Positions 45,521 to 57,140 of a DNA stretch of 64,000 nucleotides are shown here, piece by piece. Position 1 is the stretch's first letter. Every line of letters begins with the position of its first letter. Origin of the DNA: an uncultured Thermoplasmatales archaeon. Lineage in GTDB: Archaea > Thermoplasmatota > E2 > UBA202 > DSCA01. Both the position numbers and the translations under genes were made by a program. Under the pieces are notes generated by a model, which made no database searches, was not told the DNA's origin, and saw nothing but the letters and a program-made list of their open reading frames with translations. The stretch lies in contig CAZESS010000002.1 in the NCBI GenBank assembly GCA_964514975.1, positions 24,958 through 88,957 of the forward strand, given 5' to 3'.

Positions 45521-47704
45521 ATGCAGTACGATTTATTGTTGAAACGACCGAAGCTGACCATCATAATTTTTACGCTTCTAACCCTGGTTATCTCTACCCA
45601 GGCGCTCGACGTCGTCATCTCATCTGACATCGAGCTATATATGCCCTCCGACCAGCCGACGGTCGAGACGCTCAACCAGATACGGAAGGAATGGCCCGTG
45701 GACAACGTGGTCATCTATGTAAGCGCCGATAACATCACCGACGTGTCGACTCTCAAGGAGATCGATGCCGTTGAACGGGCGCTTGACCCCGCCGACAGCG
45801 AGTCCATCGAGTACACGGCGAGTATCGCATCTTTTTTACGTGACACCAACGCCATTTTTCCCATTGTCGGCGGCAATATGATCCCCGACCGGCAGGCGCA
45901 GGTCGACCTCCTCCTCAGGTTTATCCCGGAGGAACTGAAGGACAACTTCGTGACGCCGGATAACAAGCACGCGGTCATCATCGTCGCCACCGAAAAAGGC
46001 GTCGACGCGGATCAGTTACTCGAAGAAAACGTGTACCCCATACTGGGGACGACGTCCGAGACGGAGATGACCGCGACGGGCACCATCACCATGTACAAGG
46101 AAACCGTGGACTGGGTGATGAACCGCATCTATCCCGTCGTCCTGGTTTCCGGTCTGCTGCTGGTGCTCACCATTCTCGCCTTCCATCGGAGCATGAAGGC
46201 CGTGCTCATATCGCTCGCGCCGATCGCCTACGCCATCGGCCTGACCTTCGGGACCATCGGGATGATGCCCGTCCAGTTTGCGCCCACGGTCATCGCGGTT
46301 ATCCCGCTGCTGGCAGCCCTGGGCATTGCCTACTCGCTCCACATGGTCAACCATTATGCCGAGAAGGTGGAGGAGACATCGCCGGAGGAGGCCCTCCGTC
46401 ACATCATCGGGACGACCGGCAAGGCGGTATTGCTGTCGGCGGTGACCACCATTGTGGGTTTTGCGTCGCTGCTGTCGTCGACGATGCCCCCCATCGAGAA
46501 CATGGGCCTCGCGTTTCTCATCGGCGTGCTCTACTGTTTCATCGCCACCATGGTGATGGTGCCGGCACTGCTGGTCATTTCCAACTACCGGCAGAAGGGC
46601 ATCCGGGGCTGGGATTCGTTCTCGCAGCTGGTCAGATACCGGAAACACATTTTGCTGCTGTTCGTCGTGCTGACCGCGCTCTCCATCGCGGCGCTTCCCA
46701 GCGTGTCCCCGAAGACGTCTATCTATGAGATGATGCCCGGCGAGATGCCGAGCAGCAAGGCGATGCATGACTATTCGGAGGATTTCGACAGCGGACAGAT
46801 GGGCGTCGTCGAGATAGAGACGGGGCCCGAGGGTGTCCTTGAGCCGTCGTTTCTCCGGGAGCTTGAGTCGATGGAGAAGGCGATAAACGTGGGGATAAAA
46901 AATGCTTCGGCATATTCCATCGTGGACGTCGTCAAGCGGCTCAACCTGGGCACCATCCCCGCCACCAAGGAGGAGGTCAAAAACCTCATCGAAAACAAGC
47001 TCGGCCCGAAATACCGGACGATGATGCTCAGCGACGGCTACAACAAGACCCTGGTCTACGTCAACATGCCCGTCATCCCGGTGGACGAAACACGGAGGGC
47101 GGTCGACGGCGTCAACCAGATCCTCGGGCAGTACGACGCCAAGATAGACGGCAGCGTGACCTCGCTCGCCGGCCTCAGCTCCGTGACCGTAGAGATAAAC
47201 GGCATGCTGATGGAGCAACAGTTCCGGTTCATGTTCCTGTCGCTGCTGCTGGTGTTCACCTGTCTGCTGCTCGTCTTCCGATCGTTTAAATATGCGACGG
47301 TTACCTTCGTGCCCATCCTCATCATCCTGGTCTGGCAGCCCGGGGCGCTCGTGCTCACCGGAACGCCGCTCAACGTGGCGACCATCATGGTGTCATCGGT
47401 CGCCATCGGCGCCGGCATCGATTTCTCGGTGCACATCACGGAGCGGCTGCGCGACGAGCTCAAGCAACGGTCGCCGCTGGAGGCCGTCAAGGTCGCTATT
47501 GCACGGAAAAGCCCGCCGTTGCTTGAAACCACGCTGGCGCTCATCGCCGGCGGCATCCCCGTCGCGCTGATGGAATACGAGCTGGTGACCCAGTTCATCG
47601 TGCTCGTGCTGCTGATGCTGGTATTCGCCTGTATCGCTGCGTTGCTCGGCCTGGCGGCCATCTATGCATACAAAAACGGAGCATGGCTGGAGCGCTGGCC
47701 CTAA
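45521..47704 (+). CDS. MMPL/RND-superfamily membrane transporter
   Basis: 727 aa; two 6-TM bundles each followed by large extracytoplasmic loops, typical of the MMPL family. Confidence 0.65.
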   Translation: MQYDLLLKRPKLTIIIFTLLTLVISTQALDVVISSDIELYMPSDQPTVETLNQIRKEWPVDNVVIYVSADNITDVSTLKEIDAVERALDPADSESIEYTASIASFLRDTNAIFPIVGGNMIPDRQAQVDLLLRFIPEELKDNFVTPDNKHAVIIVATEKGVDADQLLEENVYPILGTTSETEMTATGTITMYKETVDWVMNRIYPVVLVSGLLLVLTILAFHRSMKAVLISLAPIAYAIGLTFGTIGMMPVQFAPTVIAVIPLLAALGIAYSLHMVNHYAEKVEETSPEEALRHIIGTTGKAVLLSAVTTIVGFASLLSSTMPPIENMGLAFLIGVLYCFIATMVMVPALLVISNYRQKGIRGWDSFSQLVRYRKHILLLFVVLTALSIAALPSVSPKTSIYEMMPGEMPSSKAMHDYSEDFDSGQMGVVEIETGPEGVLEPSFLRELESMEKAINVGIKNASAYSIVDVVKRLNLGTIPATKEEVKNLIENKLGPKYRTMMLSDGYNKTLVYVNMPVIPVDETRRAVDGVNQILGQYDAKIDGSVTSLAGLSSVTVEINGMLMEQQFRFMFLSLLLVFTCLLLVFRSFKYATVTFVPILIILVWQPGALVLTGTPLNVATIMVSSVAIGAGIDFSVHITERLRDELKQRSPLEAVKVAIARKSPPLLETTLALIAGGIPVALMEYELVTQFIVLVLLMLVFACIAALLGLAAIYAYKNGAWLERWP

Positions 47705-49098
47705 CCGTAGCTCTCGAGCTTTTTCTGGAAGCGATAGGTTTCCCCTTCGATGTCAACAGGGTATTCCCCGGTGACGCATCCCAGGCAGAGGTCATGCCTG
47801 GCATAGCCGGTCGCCCTGAGCAGCCCCTCTATGGACAGATATCCGAGGCTGTCAGCGCCGATGGTCTCCCTGATTGCAGGCACGGTTTTATCGGCGGCGA
47901 TAAGCTGCGCCCGGTCGGTCATGTCGATGCCGAAATAGCAGGGTGCGACGATGGGCGGCGAGCCGATGCGAACGTGTACCTCCGCTGCGCCGCGCTGCCG
48001 GAGGATGTCCACCATCTGCCGCATCGTCGTCCCGCGGACGATGGAGTCATCGACGAGCACCACCCGCCGGTCGGACACGATGCTCCGGACTGGGTTCATC
48101 TTCAGGAGCACGTAGTGTTCCCTGAGACGCTGCGACGGCATGATGAACGTCCGGCCGATATACCGGTTTTTCATCAATCCCTCGGCGAGCTGTATGTCGG
48201 CGGCATGCGCATAGCCATATGCATGGGCACGCCCCGAATCGGGCACGGGAACGACGATGTCCGCCTCGACGGGATGCTCAGCGGCGAGCTGTGCCCCAAT
48301 CCGTTTCCGGGCCTGGTAGACATCCTTGCCGTCGATGACAGAATCGGCACGGGAAAAATAGACGTATTCGAAGAAACAATGACCTGTGTGACGTGCGCCG
48401 ATGAGCCGATGACCCACATATGTTTCGGGTGTTATCTCGACGAGCTCTCCGGGCCGGACGTCACGGATGAACCGGGCGCCGAGCGCGTCCAGCGCCACGC
48501 TTTCCGACGAGATGATGTAGCCGTCATTGAGCTCGCCGATGCAGAGCGGCCGGACGCCGAGCGGGTCACGCAGCCCGAACACCCGGTCGTTGTACATGAT
48601 GGCCAGCGAATAGGACCCCTCCAGCCGTTTCATCACATACTTGACAGCCTTTTCGAAGCCGGTGTCCTTCAACTGGTCGGAGAGCATGAAGGCGATGGAT
48701 TCCTCCTCGCTCCCCATGGAAAAGGTGTGACCCTGGTCCATGAGCTCACGGCGGAGCGCATCGGCGTTGGTGATGATACCGTTGTGGGCGAGCGCGATGT
48801 CGCCGCTTGATGTGTGCACCAGCGTGGGCTGCGCGTTTTCCGGTGTTGACAGCTCGATTGAATAATACACGTGGGCGATGCCCCGCTGGCCATGGATGGA
48901 GCCGACGTCGATGTCCTTGAACGCCTCGTTCACCAGCCCGAGGCCGCGATGGCATCGGATTCGCTGCTCGTCTGGCTGATAGGATGCGATGCCGGCTGCC
49001 TCCTGACCGCGGTGCTGCAGCGCGTTGAGCATAAAATACAGGTCGGACGCTACATCATGGTCCGCCGCGGCCGCTGCAACGCCGCATCGCTCCCTCAT
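47701..49098 (-). CDS. purF: amidophosphoribosyltransferase
   Basis: N-terminal Ntn-glutaminase region, PRTase motif '[13 protein letters not shown]', and C-terminal Cys ligands. Confidence 0.85.
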   Translation of the reverse strand: MRERCGVAAAAADHDVASDLYFMLNALQHRGQEAAGIASYQPDEQRIRCHRGLGLVNEAFKDIDVGSIHGQRGIAHVYYSIELSTPENAQPTLVHTSSGDIALAHNGIITNADALRRELMDQGHTFSMGSEEESIAFMLSDQLKDTGFEKAVKYVMKRLEGSYSLAIMYNDRVFGLRDPLGVRPLCIGELNDGYIISSESVALDALGARFIRDVRPGELVEITPETYVGHRLIGARHTGHCFFEYVYFSRADSVIDGKDVYQARKRIGAQLAAEHPVEADIVVPVPDSGRAHAYGYAHAADIQLAEGLMKNRYIGRTFIMPSQRLREHYVLLKMNPVRSIVSDRRVVLVDDSIVRGTTMRQMVDILRQRGAAEVHVRIGSPPIVAPCYFGIDMTDRAQLIAADKTVPAIRETIGADSLGYLSIEGLLRATGYARHDLCLGCVTGEYPVDIEGETYRFQKKLESYG

Positions 49099-49250
49099 TT
49101 TTTCCAGTTGTAGTCGCGTCTCTTGCTGGATTTGCCGAAACCGCAGGCGGCGCAGACCTTCTTGCGGACGTGGTAGGCATGCTTGCCGCAGCGCCTGCAG
49201 ACGATGTGGGTTGTGCCGCCGCCAGACTTTGATGGTGTTCCCTTGCTCAT
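49095..49250 (-). CDS. rpl37e: 50S ribosomal protein L37e
   Basis: '[51 protein letters not shown]' has the L37e zinc-ribbon pattern; start set at internal ATG 49250. Confidence 0.8.
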   Translation of the reverse strand: MSKGTPSKSGGGTTHIVCRRCGKHAYHVRKKVCAACGFGKSSKRRDYNWKK

Positions 49251-49254
49251 GGTA

Positions 49255-49470
49255 TCACGGTGAGATGTACACGATGTTGTCCCCTCGCACGATGACCCTT
49301 TCCAGGTCGCGCTGTTTTTCGCCGTATTCCAGCTCCTCGGCGCTGGTGAGGACGAGGTTGAGATGTGGATGGTCGTAACCGTCGAGCACACCGCGGTATT
49401 CACGGCCGCCGCGGAGCTCCACGATGACCCGTTTGCCGATGCTGCCGTGGACCATCTCGAGGGGTTTCAT
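49255..49470 (-). CDS. Sm-like archaeal protein (LSm/SmAP)
   Basis: 71 aa; '[25 protein letters not shown]...[12 protein letters not shown]' Sm1/Sm2 motifs; the classic Sm-L37e gene pair. Confidence 0.8.
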   Translation of the reverse strand: MKPLEMVHGSIGKRVIVELRGGREYRGVLDGYDHPHLNLVLTSAEELEYGEKQRDLERVIVRGDNIVYISP

Positions 49471-49780
49471 TGGTAGGGTATGAAAGCGAGCTACTTAAAT
49501 CTTTGCCGCCCTGTCAGGGGTTGGGGGGCAAAAAAACCGGGCGGCTCTCCCGGGTGTACTGTGGGGACAATGCCGGGGCCAGCGGCGCCATGTAAACGTT
49601 TGCTCCATAGATGCTATAGCCTCTATAGCCGTATGCCGGAAAACGTTAATATCCAGCGATGCACGGCGAGAGAGAAGGGCAGGGCGGGTGGACAAGAAGA
49701 GGTATCCCAGTATGCGCTGTGGCATATATCCCTGCCCCGGGTGTATATGCGGCGGGGATTCATTAATATTGCGCCATCCG

Positions 49781-49848
49781 ATGCTGGAGGTGGGAATCGA
49801 ACCCACCTGTGCCATCGGGCAGACGACGGGGATTGCTGCCCGCTCCAG
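49781..49848 (-). ncRNA. tRNA-like element (T-arm GGTTCGATTCC + 7-bp acceptor pairing) lacking a canonical D-arm; possible tRNA pseudogene or integration remnant
   Basis: Minus strand 'GCTGGAG CG GGGCAG-CAATCCCCGTCGT-CTGCCC GATGGCACAG GTGGGTTCGATTCCCAC CTCCAGC A'. Only 36 nt between acceptor and T-arm; C8/G9 instead of U8. Confidence 0.3.
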
Positions 49849-49927
49849 CAGCAATACCATGCCCGGATGTTAAAAAATGTTGCGATGGGCACGTATTTTT
49901 ATAAACCACCTGGTGTTATATGCAGGT

Positions 49928-50059
49928 ATGACAACCTGTCCAGGCTGCAACACGGACAATCCCGCCGGGGCGAAGTTCTGCATGGAATGCGGGACGCCGT
50001 TACCGCAGAAAAAGACGTGCGGTGATGAATCATGGGATGAAAGCGCGGGTGGCCCGTAG
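49928..50059 (+). CDS. small zinc-ribbon protein
   Basis: 'MTTCPGCNTDNPAGAKFCMECGTPLPQKK...' has CPxC...CxxCG double zinc-ribbon spacing. Confidence 0.35.
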   Translation: MTTCPGCNTDNPAGAKFCMECGTPLPQKKTCGDESWDESAGGP

Positions 50060-50195
50060 CGCCCCTGCTTTCGGGATGTGCTGATGATTCATTGTATGAC
50101 GGCGCATGCTAGATGACGGAGGTCGTGTAGTTGCTGTATGCACTTTGTAGGGATGGCCGGAATATTTATATATTAAATTAACAATTGTTTATTAA

Positions 50196-50599
50196 ATGAG
50201 TAATGGCACGCAGCGTATCATCCTCCTCATCGAAGACGACCCGGCCATCCAGGAACTCCTCGACATGCAATTCACATCGCTCAACGTCAAACTATACCGG
50301 GCACAGGGCGGCCTCGAAGGAGTACAGCGCTACCGGGAGCTGCACGCCGCGCTGGCAAACGACCCGACCTGGTCATCATGGACATCAAACTGCCGGCCAT
50401 GAACGGCATCGAAGCAACCAAAAAAATAAAAGAAATAGACGACAGCGCCGTCATCTACGGGTTCACCGCCTTCGCCTCCGTCAAAGGCAAAGAACTCCGG
50501 CAGGCGGGCGCCCAAAAAGTCATCCCCCGCACCCATGGGTTCAAGGCGCTCCGGGACATCGTCATCTCCTCTATCCACGCCCGACCACCGTCAACATGA
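50196..50599 (+). pseudogene. CheY-like response-regulator receiver domain gene with frameshift
   Basis: 'RIILLIEDDPAIQELL...LHAALANDP' (frame A) continues as 'DLVIMDIKLPAMNGIEATKKIKEIDDSAVIYGFTAFASVKGKELRQAGAQKVIPR' in the -1 frame from about 50375; canonical DD...D...MDIxMP...K receiver signature. Confidence 0.55.
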
Positions 50600-50882
50600 T
50601 GTCGCGGCGCTATTGCTGCATACCTATTTCGCTTTTTCCCGGTTCTCCATTCCGAGCATGTAGCCGCCCAGACCCCTCAGCCAAAAAAGAATCGAATACG
50701 CCACCCACCGCTCGGTTCCCCCGCCACCTCTATATGTTTCTGCATAAACGAGCGGAGCTTTTCATGCATGGTGCCGGCCCTCTTCTTATGTTATAGCCAT
50801 ATTATCTGCAAACCTTATGTCCTCGGGACAAAAATACAACATACCGGCCCTTGGATACAGCGGCATGGGAAGCAAAAAATAG

Positions 50883-51013
50883 TGCTCCCGTCGGGATTCG
50901 AACCCGAGTCCTCGGCTCGCTCCGAACCTTTTTTGGATGTGAAGCACCTTTTCTAAAGGGGCGCAAGGGTTCTCGAGAGGCCGAGATGATTAACCGGACT
51001 ACACTACGGGAGC
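50883..51013 (-). tRNA. tRNA-Glu (anticodon CTC) with about 56-nt intron at the canonical 37/38 position
   Basis: Minus strand: acceptor GCTCCCG/CGGGAGC, D-arm 'GTGTAGTCCGGTTAATCAT' (archaeal tRNA-Glu-like), anticodon stem TCGGC/GCCGA, loop CTCTCG|intron|A, T-arm TCGGGTTCGAATCCCGA. Intron about 50918-50973. Confidence 0.65.
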
Positions 51014-51055
51014 AGTCCACCCCCGTAATACGTTGTACTTTTTATCATTTTTGCA

Positions 51056-51256
51056 CTAGCCGCCCGAGGCCACCCGGACGACCTTCACCATCGTGCCGTC
51101 AGGCAGCCGCTCCGTGTGCGGCACCGGCTCGTCGTCGACAACCAGGATCGCCTGCTCCGCGGTCAAATCAAGTCGTGCAAGGAGGTCGGTACCCGTGGCA
51201 TCGTCGTCGAGACACAGGTCATGTCGCTCGCGCTGCATCGTCACCGTGACATACAT
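51056..51256 (-). CDS. ThiS/MoaD/SAMP-family small ubiquitin-like sulfur-carrier protein (C-terminal Gly-Gly)
   Basis: 66 aa 'MYVTVTMQRERHDLCLDDDATGTDLLARLDL...ILVVDDEPVPHTERLPDGTMVKVVRVASGG*' with beta-grasp pattern ending in GG. Confidence 0.6.
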   Translation of the reverse strand: MYVTVTMQRERHDLCLDDDATGTDLLARLDLTAEQAILVVDDEPVPHTERLPDGTMVKVVRVASGG

Positions 51257-51296
51257 CGATACACCTAAAAACACCCCTCCTATATACGTTTCGCAC

Positions 51297-51382
51297 GCTG
51301 AGGTGGCCGAGTCCGGACCAAGGCGGTAGCCTCGAGAGCTACTGGGCCATTGGCCCTCGCAGGTTCAAATCCTGCCCTCAGC
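51297..51382 (+). tRNA. tRNA-Ser (anticodon CGA), class II
   Basis: Acceptor GCTGAGG/CCTCAGC, anticodon stem GTAGC/GCTAC with loop CTCGAGA, variable hairpin GGGCC/GGCCC, T-arm GCAGGTTCAAATCCTGC. Confidence 0.75.
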
Positions 51383-51476
51383 GCTTTTTTTCTCTGTTGC
51401 TGGGAGAAAACACAAAAATTGTTGCACGAGCACAAAATTGCTTGCAAAAAACAAACTTTTATATATATTCTCTTGA

Positions 51477-53711
51477 TTGATGGCTGTGAGTGGTGGCACC
51501 CCCAGTATCCGGGAGGTACTTGAAGAGCTTAGAGACACCTTTGACAGGCTCGACACCGCGGTCGCCGCCCGGGAAACCCTGCTTGACAGCGGCATCCAGT
51601 TTACCATCAGCCGGACGGGCACGTTCACTACGCTCCGCCGCGCCGATACCACGCTCTCCAGGGAGGGCACCTCGTTTTTATCTGTTATCGCATCCGAGGA
51701 CAAAAAAAAGGCCGCCCGTCTCTTCATGGGATGCATGGAGGGAAAACGGGTCCAGGCGACGCTCAGGCTTGTAGGTCCGCCCGGCAGCCAGGTTATCGTG
51801 ATAGCTGGCCCGACAGGCGACGGCGCGGTCCATGGCATCGCCCTCGAAAAAGAGCGGCGGCCCGACACCGTGAGCGACGTCATCCATCTGGTTGCTTTGC
51901 CATTGGCCGTCACCGATCTTCTGGGCAACATCCTGGCTGTCAACGAAGCCTTCGCAGCATTTTTTTCCCGTGACATCGAAACGGCGGCCGGTACAAACCT
52001 GCTTGAATACATCGTTTCCGACGACGAGGAAGCAGTCCGTGCCTGCATAAAAGGCGCTATTGACAACGAGGGGCACCATGTTGCGGCGCGTATGTACATC
52101 GACGAGCGGGAGATGTCCGTGGTGGTGGACATGGCACCCGTGGCGGACAGCGACAGGATGCTCGTCCATGTGGTCAACCTGGAGGACATACGGCCTGCAC
52201 CTGCCAGGGCCCCTCCGTGGGAGATGGATGAAATGGACGCATTTTTCGATGCGGCCGCTGCGATGACCGGCCTGGAGGACATGATGTCCCCTGAGACGCT
52301 CTATGCCCGGGCGGTGGACCTGGTGCATGCACATCTCGATGTTGACGACTGCTTCATCGCGGTTGGCAGAGACGGGTCGCTGCGCATCGCCGCCGGCGAG
52401 ACCGATGTCGACGCGCTGTCCACCGACATGCATTTCGAGGTCCGGGAAACGCTCGCCGGTACCGAGGAGCAGTACAACCCTGATGCCGGTGGCCGCAGCG
52501 AGCTGTATCTCCCGGTTACCGCCGACGGTGTCACGGCCGTTCTCGTCGTCGTCCGGGATGGCGTGGATGCGTTTTCGCGGCGCGACCGGTTTTTGCTGCA
52601 TCTGCTGTCCCGACGGCTCGGGGATGCGGTGCGCCAGCACCGGCAGCGTGTTGCGCTGCAGAAATACGAGGATATCGTCAAGAAGGCGGTCGAGGGCATC
52701 TATCGCGCGACGGTCGACGGAGACATCCTGGAGGTGAACCCTGCCTTTGTGGAGATGTTCGGGTATGATGGCCATGAACGGGAGCTCGAGCAGCTCACGG
52801 CGTCTGATTTTTATGCGCAGCCTGATAAACGTGAGACGTTTCTTCAGCTCATCAGGCGGGAGGGCATCGTCCGTGACTTTGAGACCCGGTATGTGACACG
52901 GGACCGAGATACGTTTTATGGCCGTGAGTCTGCGTGGATGGCCAGCGAGGGCGGCCGGCAGGTTATCGTGGGCATCATCCAGGATATCACCGGGCAGAAA
53001 AAAACCGAGGAGGACATCTCGTTTTATAACTCGCTGCTCCGGCATGACATCTACAACAAGCACCAGGTCGCCATCGGCTACCTCGGCCTCATCGACGAGG
53101 AGCACCTGTCCGATAAGGACACGGAGGCGCTGGCCAAGGCCCGGGGTGCGATTGATGAGGCAAACAAGCTGATAGAGACCGTTAAAAAGCTTGAGACGGT
53201 GAAGGATACCGAGCAGTATATCGCTATAGATCTTGACGATACCCTCGGGCGCGTGGTCGACCATTATGCCGGCGCCGCCGAGCAGCGTGACATCGACATC
53301 CGTCATCCGCCGAGCGGGGCCATGGTTCGGGGCAACGAGCTCCTGGAGGATGTGTTTTCCAACCTCGTCAAAAATGCCATCCAGCATTCATATGCCGACA
53401 CCATCGGCATCTATGCCCGGGAGGCGGACGGCGGATGGAACGTCTACGTCGAGGATGACGGGGTCGGCATCTCGGAGGAGGACAAAAACAAGATTTTTCA
53501 GCAGGGATGGAAGGGCCGGAAGAGCACCGGCAGCGGCCTTGGTCTCTACCTCGTGAAAAAAATCATCGAGGAATGCGGTGGGTCCATCAGGGTTGAAAGC
53601 GGGGAGGACGAATACCCGGAGGGTACCCGGTTTGTCATCCATCTCAAAAAAGGCTCCAGGGGAGGCAACGCGGACGACTGTGACTCGCAGATCATGGGCG
53701 TCCACTGGTAA
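51477..53711 (+). CDS. multi-sensor (PAS/GAF) histidine kinase
   Basis: H-box 'LRHDIYNKHQVAIGYL'; HATPase_c 'NLVKNAIQHS', 'DDGVGI', 'GSGLGLYLVKKII'; several PAS/GAF-like sensory repeats upstream. Confidence 0.7.
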   Translation: MMAVSGGTPSIREVLEELRDTFDRLDTAVAARETLLDSGIQFTISRTGTFTTLRRADTTLSREGTSFLSVIASEDKKKAARLFMGCMEGKRVQATLRLVGPPGSQVIVIAGPTGDGAVHGIALEKERRPDTVSDVIHLVALPLAVTDLLGNILAVNEAFAAFFSRDIETAAGTNLLEYIVSDDEEAVRACIKGAIDNEGHHVAARMYIDEREMSVVVDMAPVADSDRMLVHVVNLEDIRPAPARAPPWEMDEMDAFFDAAAAMTGLEDMMSPETLYARAVDLVHAHLDVDDCFIAVGRDGSLRIAAGETDVDALSTDMHFEVRETLAGTEEQYNPDAGGRSELYLPVTADGVTAVLVVVRDGVDAFSRRDRFLLHLLSRRLGDAVRQHRQRVALQKYEDIVKKAVEGIYRATVDGDILEVNPAFVEMFGYDGHERELEQLTASDFYAQPDKRETFLQLIRREGIVRDFETRYVTRDRDTFYGRESAWMASEGGRQVIVGIIQDITGQKKTEEDISFYNSLLRHDIYNKHQVAIGYLGLIDEEHLSDKDTEALAKARGAIDEANKLIETVKKLETVKDTEQYIAIDLDDTLGRVVDHYAGAAEQRDIDIRHPPSGAMVRGNELLEDVFSNLVKNAIQHSYADTIGIYAREADGGWNVYVEDDGVGISEEDKNKIFQQGWKGRKSTGSGLGLYLVKKIIEECGGSIRVESGEDEYPEGTRFVIHLKKGSRGGNADDCDSQIMGVHW

Positions 53712-53801
53712 CCCTGGCGCGACGAGCAGGCGTGGCGCCACTGGCAGTGTGCTTCAAAAACCTTATTTAGGGGTTTGCGTTTCCCCGGTAAGGTGCTCAC
53801 A

Positions 53802-54185
53802 ATGAAAGACGTGGTCGAAGTCAAAGACTTAAAAGAGGGACGATACATACTCATTGACGATGAACCCTGCCGGATTGTCAGCATGACGACGTCCAAGCCT
53901 GGCAAGCATGGAGAAGCGAAAGCCCGCATCGAGGCGATCGGCATCTTTGACGGCCAGAAGCGAAGCATGGTGAACCCGGTTAGACACAAGGTCAACGTAC
54001 CGCTCATCGACAAGCGGCGCGGCCAGGTCATCTCAATGCAGGGCGGAAACGCCCAGCTCATGGACATGGAAACATATGAAACCTTCACCATCGAGGTGCC
54101 CAAGGACATGAAGGGAAAACTGGACAACGGACAGGAGGTCCGCTACCTCCAGGCCATGGGCCGCAAAAAGATAACGCAGGCCTAA
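53802..54185 (+). CDS. eif5a: translation initiation factor 5A (aIF-5A), hypusine-containing
   Basis: Hypusination loop 'TTSKPGKHGEAKA' and OB-fold C-domain. Confidence 0.85.
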   Translation: MKDVVEVKDLKEGRYILIDDEPCRIVSMTTSKPGKHGEAKARIEAIGIFDGQKRSMVNPVRHKVNVPLIDKRRGQVISMQGGNAQLMDMETYETFTIEVPKDMKGKLDNGQEVRYLQAMGRKKITQA

Positions 54186-54208
54186 CACCCCTGCTGCATC
54201 ACCTCGTT

Positions 54209-56228
<2,020 letters not shown>

Positions 56229-56274
56229 AGGGTAAGTAAGACCTAGCGCTTAATAAAATTTTTCAAATCTCCGG

Positions 56275-56529
56275 CTATCGCCTTCTGAGCTCCTCGACCT
56301 CCTTCTGCAGCTCTATCAGCATCGACATGAACACTGCCTCCATGTGGTTGAGCCGCGCCGCCGCATGACCCGCCGAGGCGTGCTGCCGGGCCTTGTGCAT
56401 GAGCCGGTCATAGTGTTCCTGCTCGGATGGGTCGAGCGCCCGTCGGTATGGCCGCCATTCCTGCTCGACTTTAAACTGTTTTCGCTGGTAGAGTGGTACT
56501 GTCATCCCCATGCTATCACGCTCATACAA
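56275..56529 (-). CDS. small hypothetical protein
   Basis: ORF track only. Confidence 0.2.
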   Translation of the reverse strand: MYERDSMGMTVPLYQRKQFKVEQEWRPYRRALDPSEQEHYDRLMHKARQHASAGHAAARLNHMEAVFMSMLIELQKEVEELRRR

Positions 56530-56672
56530 CGGCGTGGCAGGTTAAAAGAGAAGGGAGGGGGCAGCGGGGCTTGTTTTTAAACGTTGCGCCGACCGGCCGT
56601 TGTTGGTTCCATGTCGGGGAATCTGTGTACTGGAGCGGTGATGGAATGGAAAGACGTGGGGAAAAAAGGGGT

Positions 56673-56909
56673 TTATGCCGGTACCCTGCTCAGGATCATG
56701 GCACCGGACACCCCGTGTGTGTTTCGTATCGTGTCCATCACCCGGTGTTCCTCCCGGCTGTCCGCCACATCGAGACGGGCCAGCAGATTGTAGGCGCCGT
56801 TGCCCGCAAGGGTGCGGAGGCTGCCTACACCTTGCTGCAGCGACAGCGCATGCTGCACCTGCTGCAGCTCTGTCGGTGGAACCCGGAGGAGGGCATATCT
56901 CGATGCCAT
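56673..56909 (-). CDS. stand-alone Lrp/AsnC C-terminal (RAM) domain protein
   Basis: 78 aa; 'GAYNLLARLDVADSREEHRVMDTIRNTHGVSGAMILSRV'. Confidence 0.4.
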   Translation of the reverse strand: MASRYALLRVPPTELQQVQHALSLQQGVGSLRTLAGNGAYNLLARLDVADSREEHRVMDTIRNTHGVSGAMILSRVPA

Positions 56910-57140
56910 GGCACCGCAACCACCCGCCTAAATATATACTTTTCCGCTTTAAAATATATATGTATATCTAAAATAAATATATTCGATGGTCTTTTTCGGT
57001 CGACCCGCACGCAACCAGCCACGGGAGGATGGCATTGACCCCCATGCAGCGGTACAGCCACAGTGTCAGCTCCAGTGGACGTGTTTTTCTGTACCCGTAA
57101 CATTAATTTGGTGGGGGTCGCATTACGTGTGGGTAACAGC

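Noticed and set aside
46016-47218. 400-aa minus-strand ORF within the MMPL transporter gene
   Set aside because: Arg/His/Gly-rich antisense translation; plus-strand gene has clear 12-TM transporter topology.
49480-49760. RNase P RNA or SRP RNA in the large spacers (49480-49760 and 30159-30444)
   Set aside because: Searched by eye for CR-I 'GGAAAGUCCGGGC', CR-V 'ACAGAA.CCGGCUUA' and SRP domain-IV 'CCGGAAGG.AGCAGC' on both strands. Only partial, non-convincing matches ('GCTCCATAG', 'ACAGAAGGGG'), so no ncRNA gene is called.
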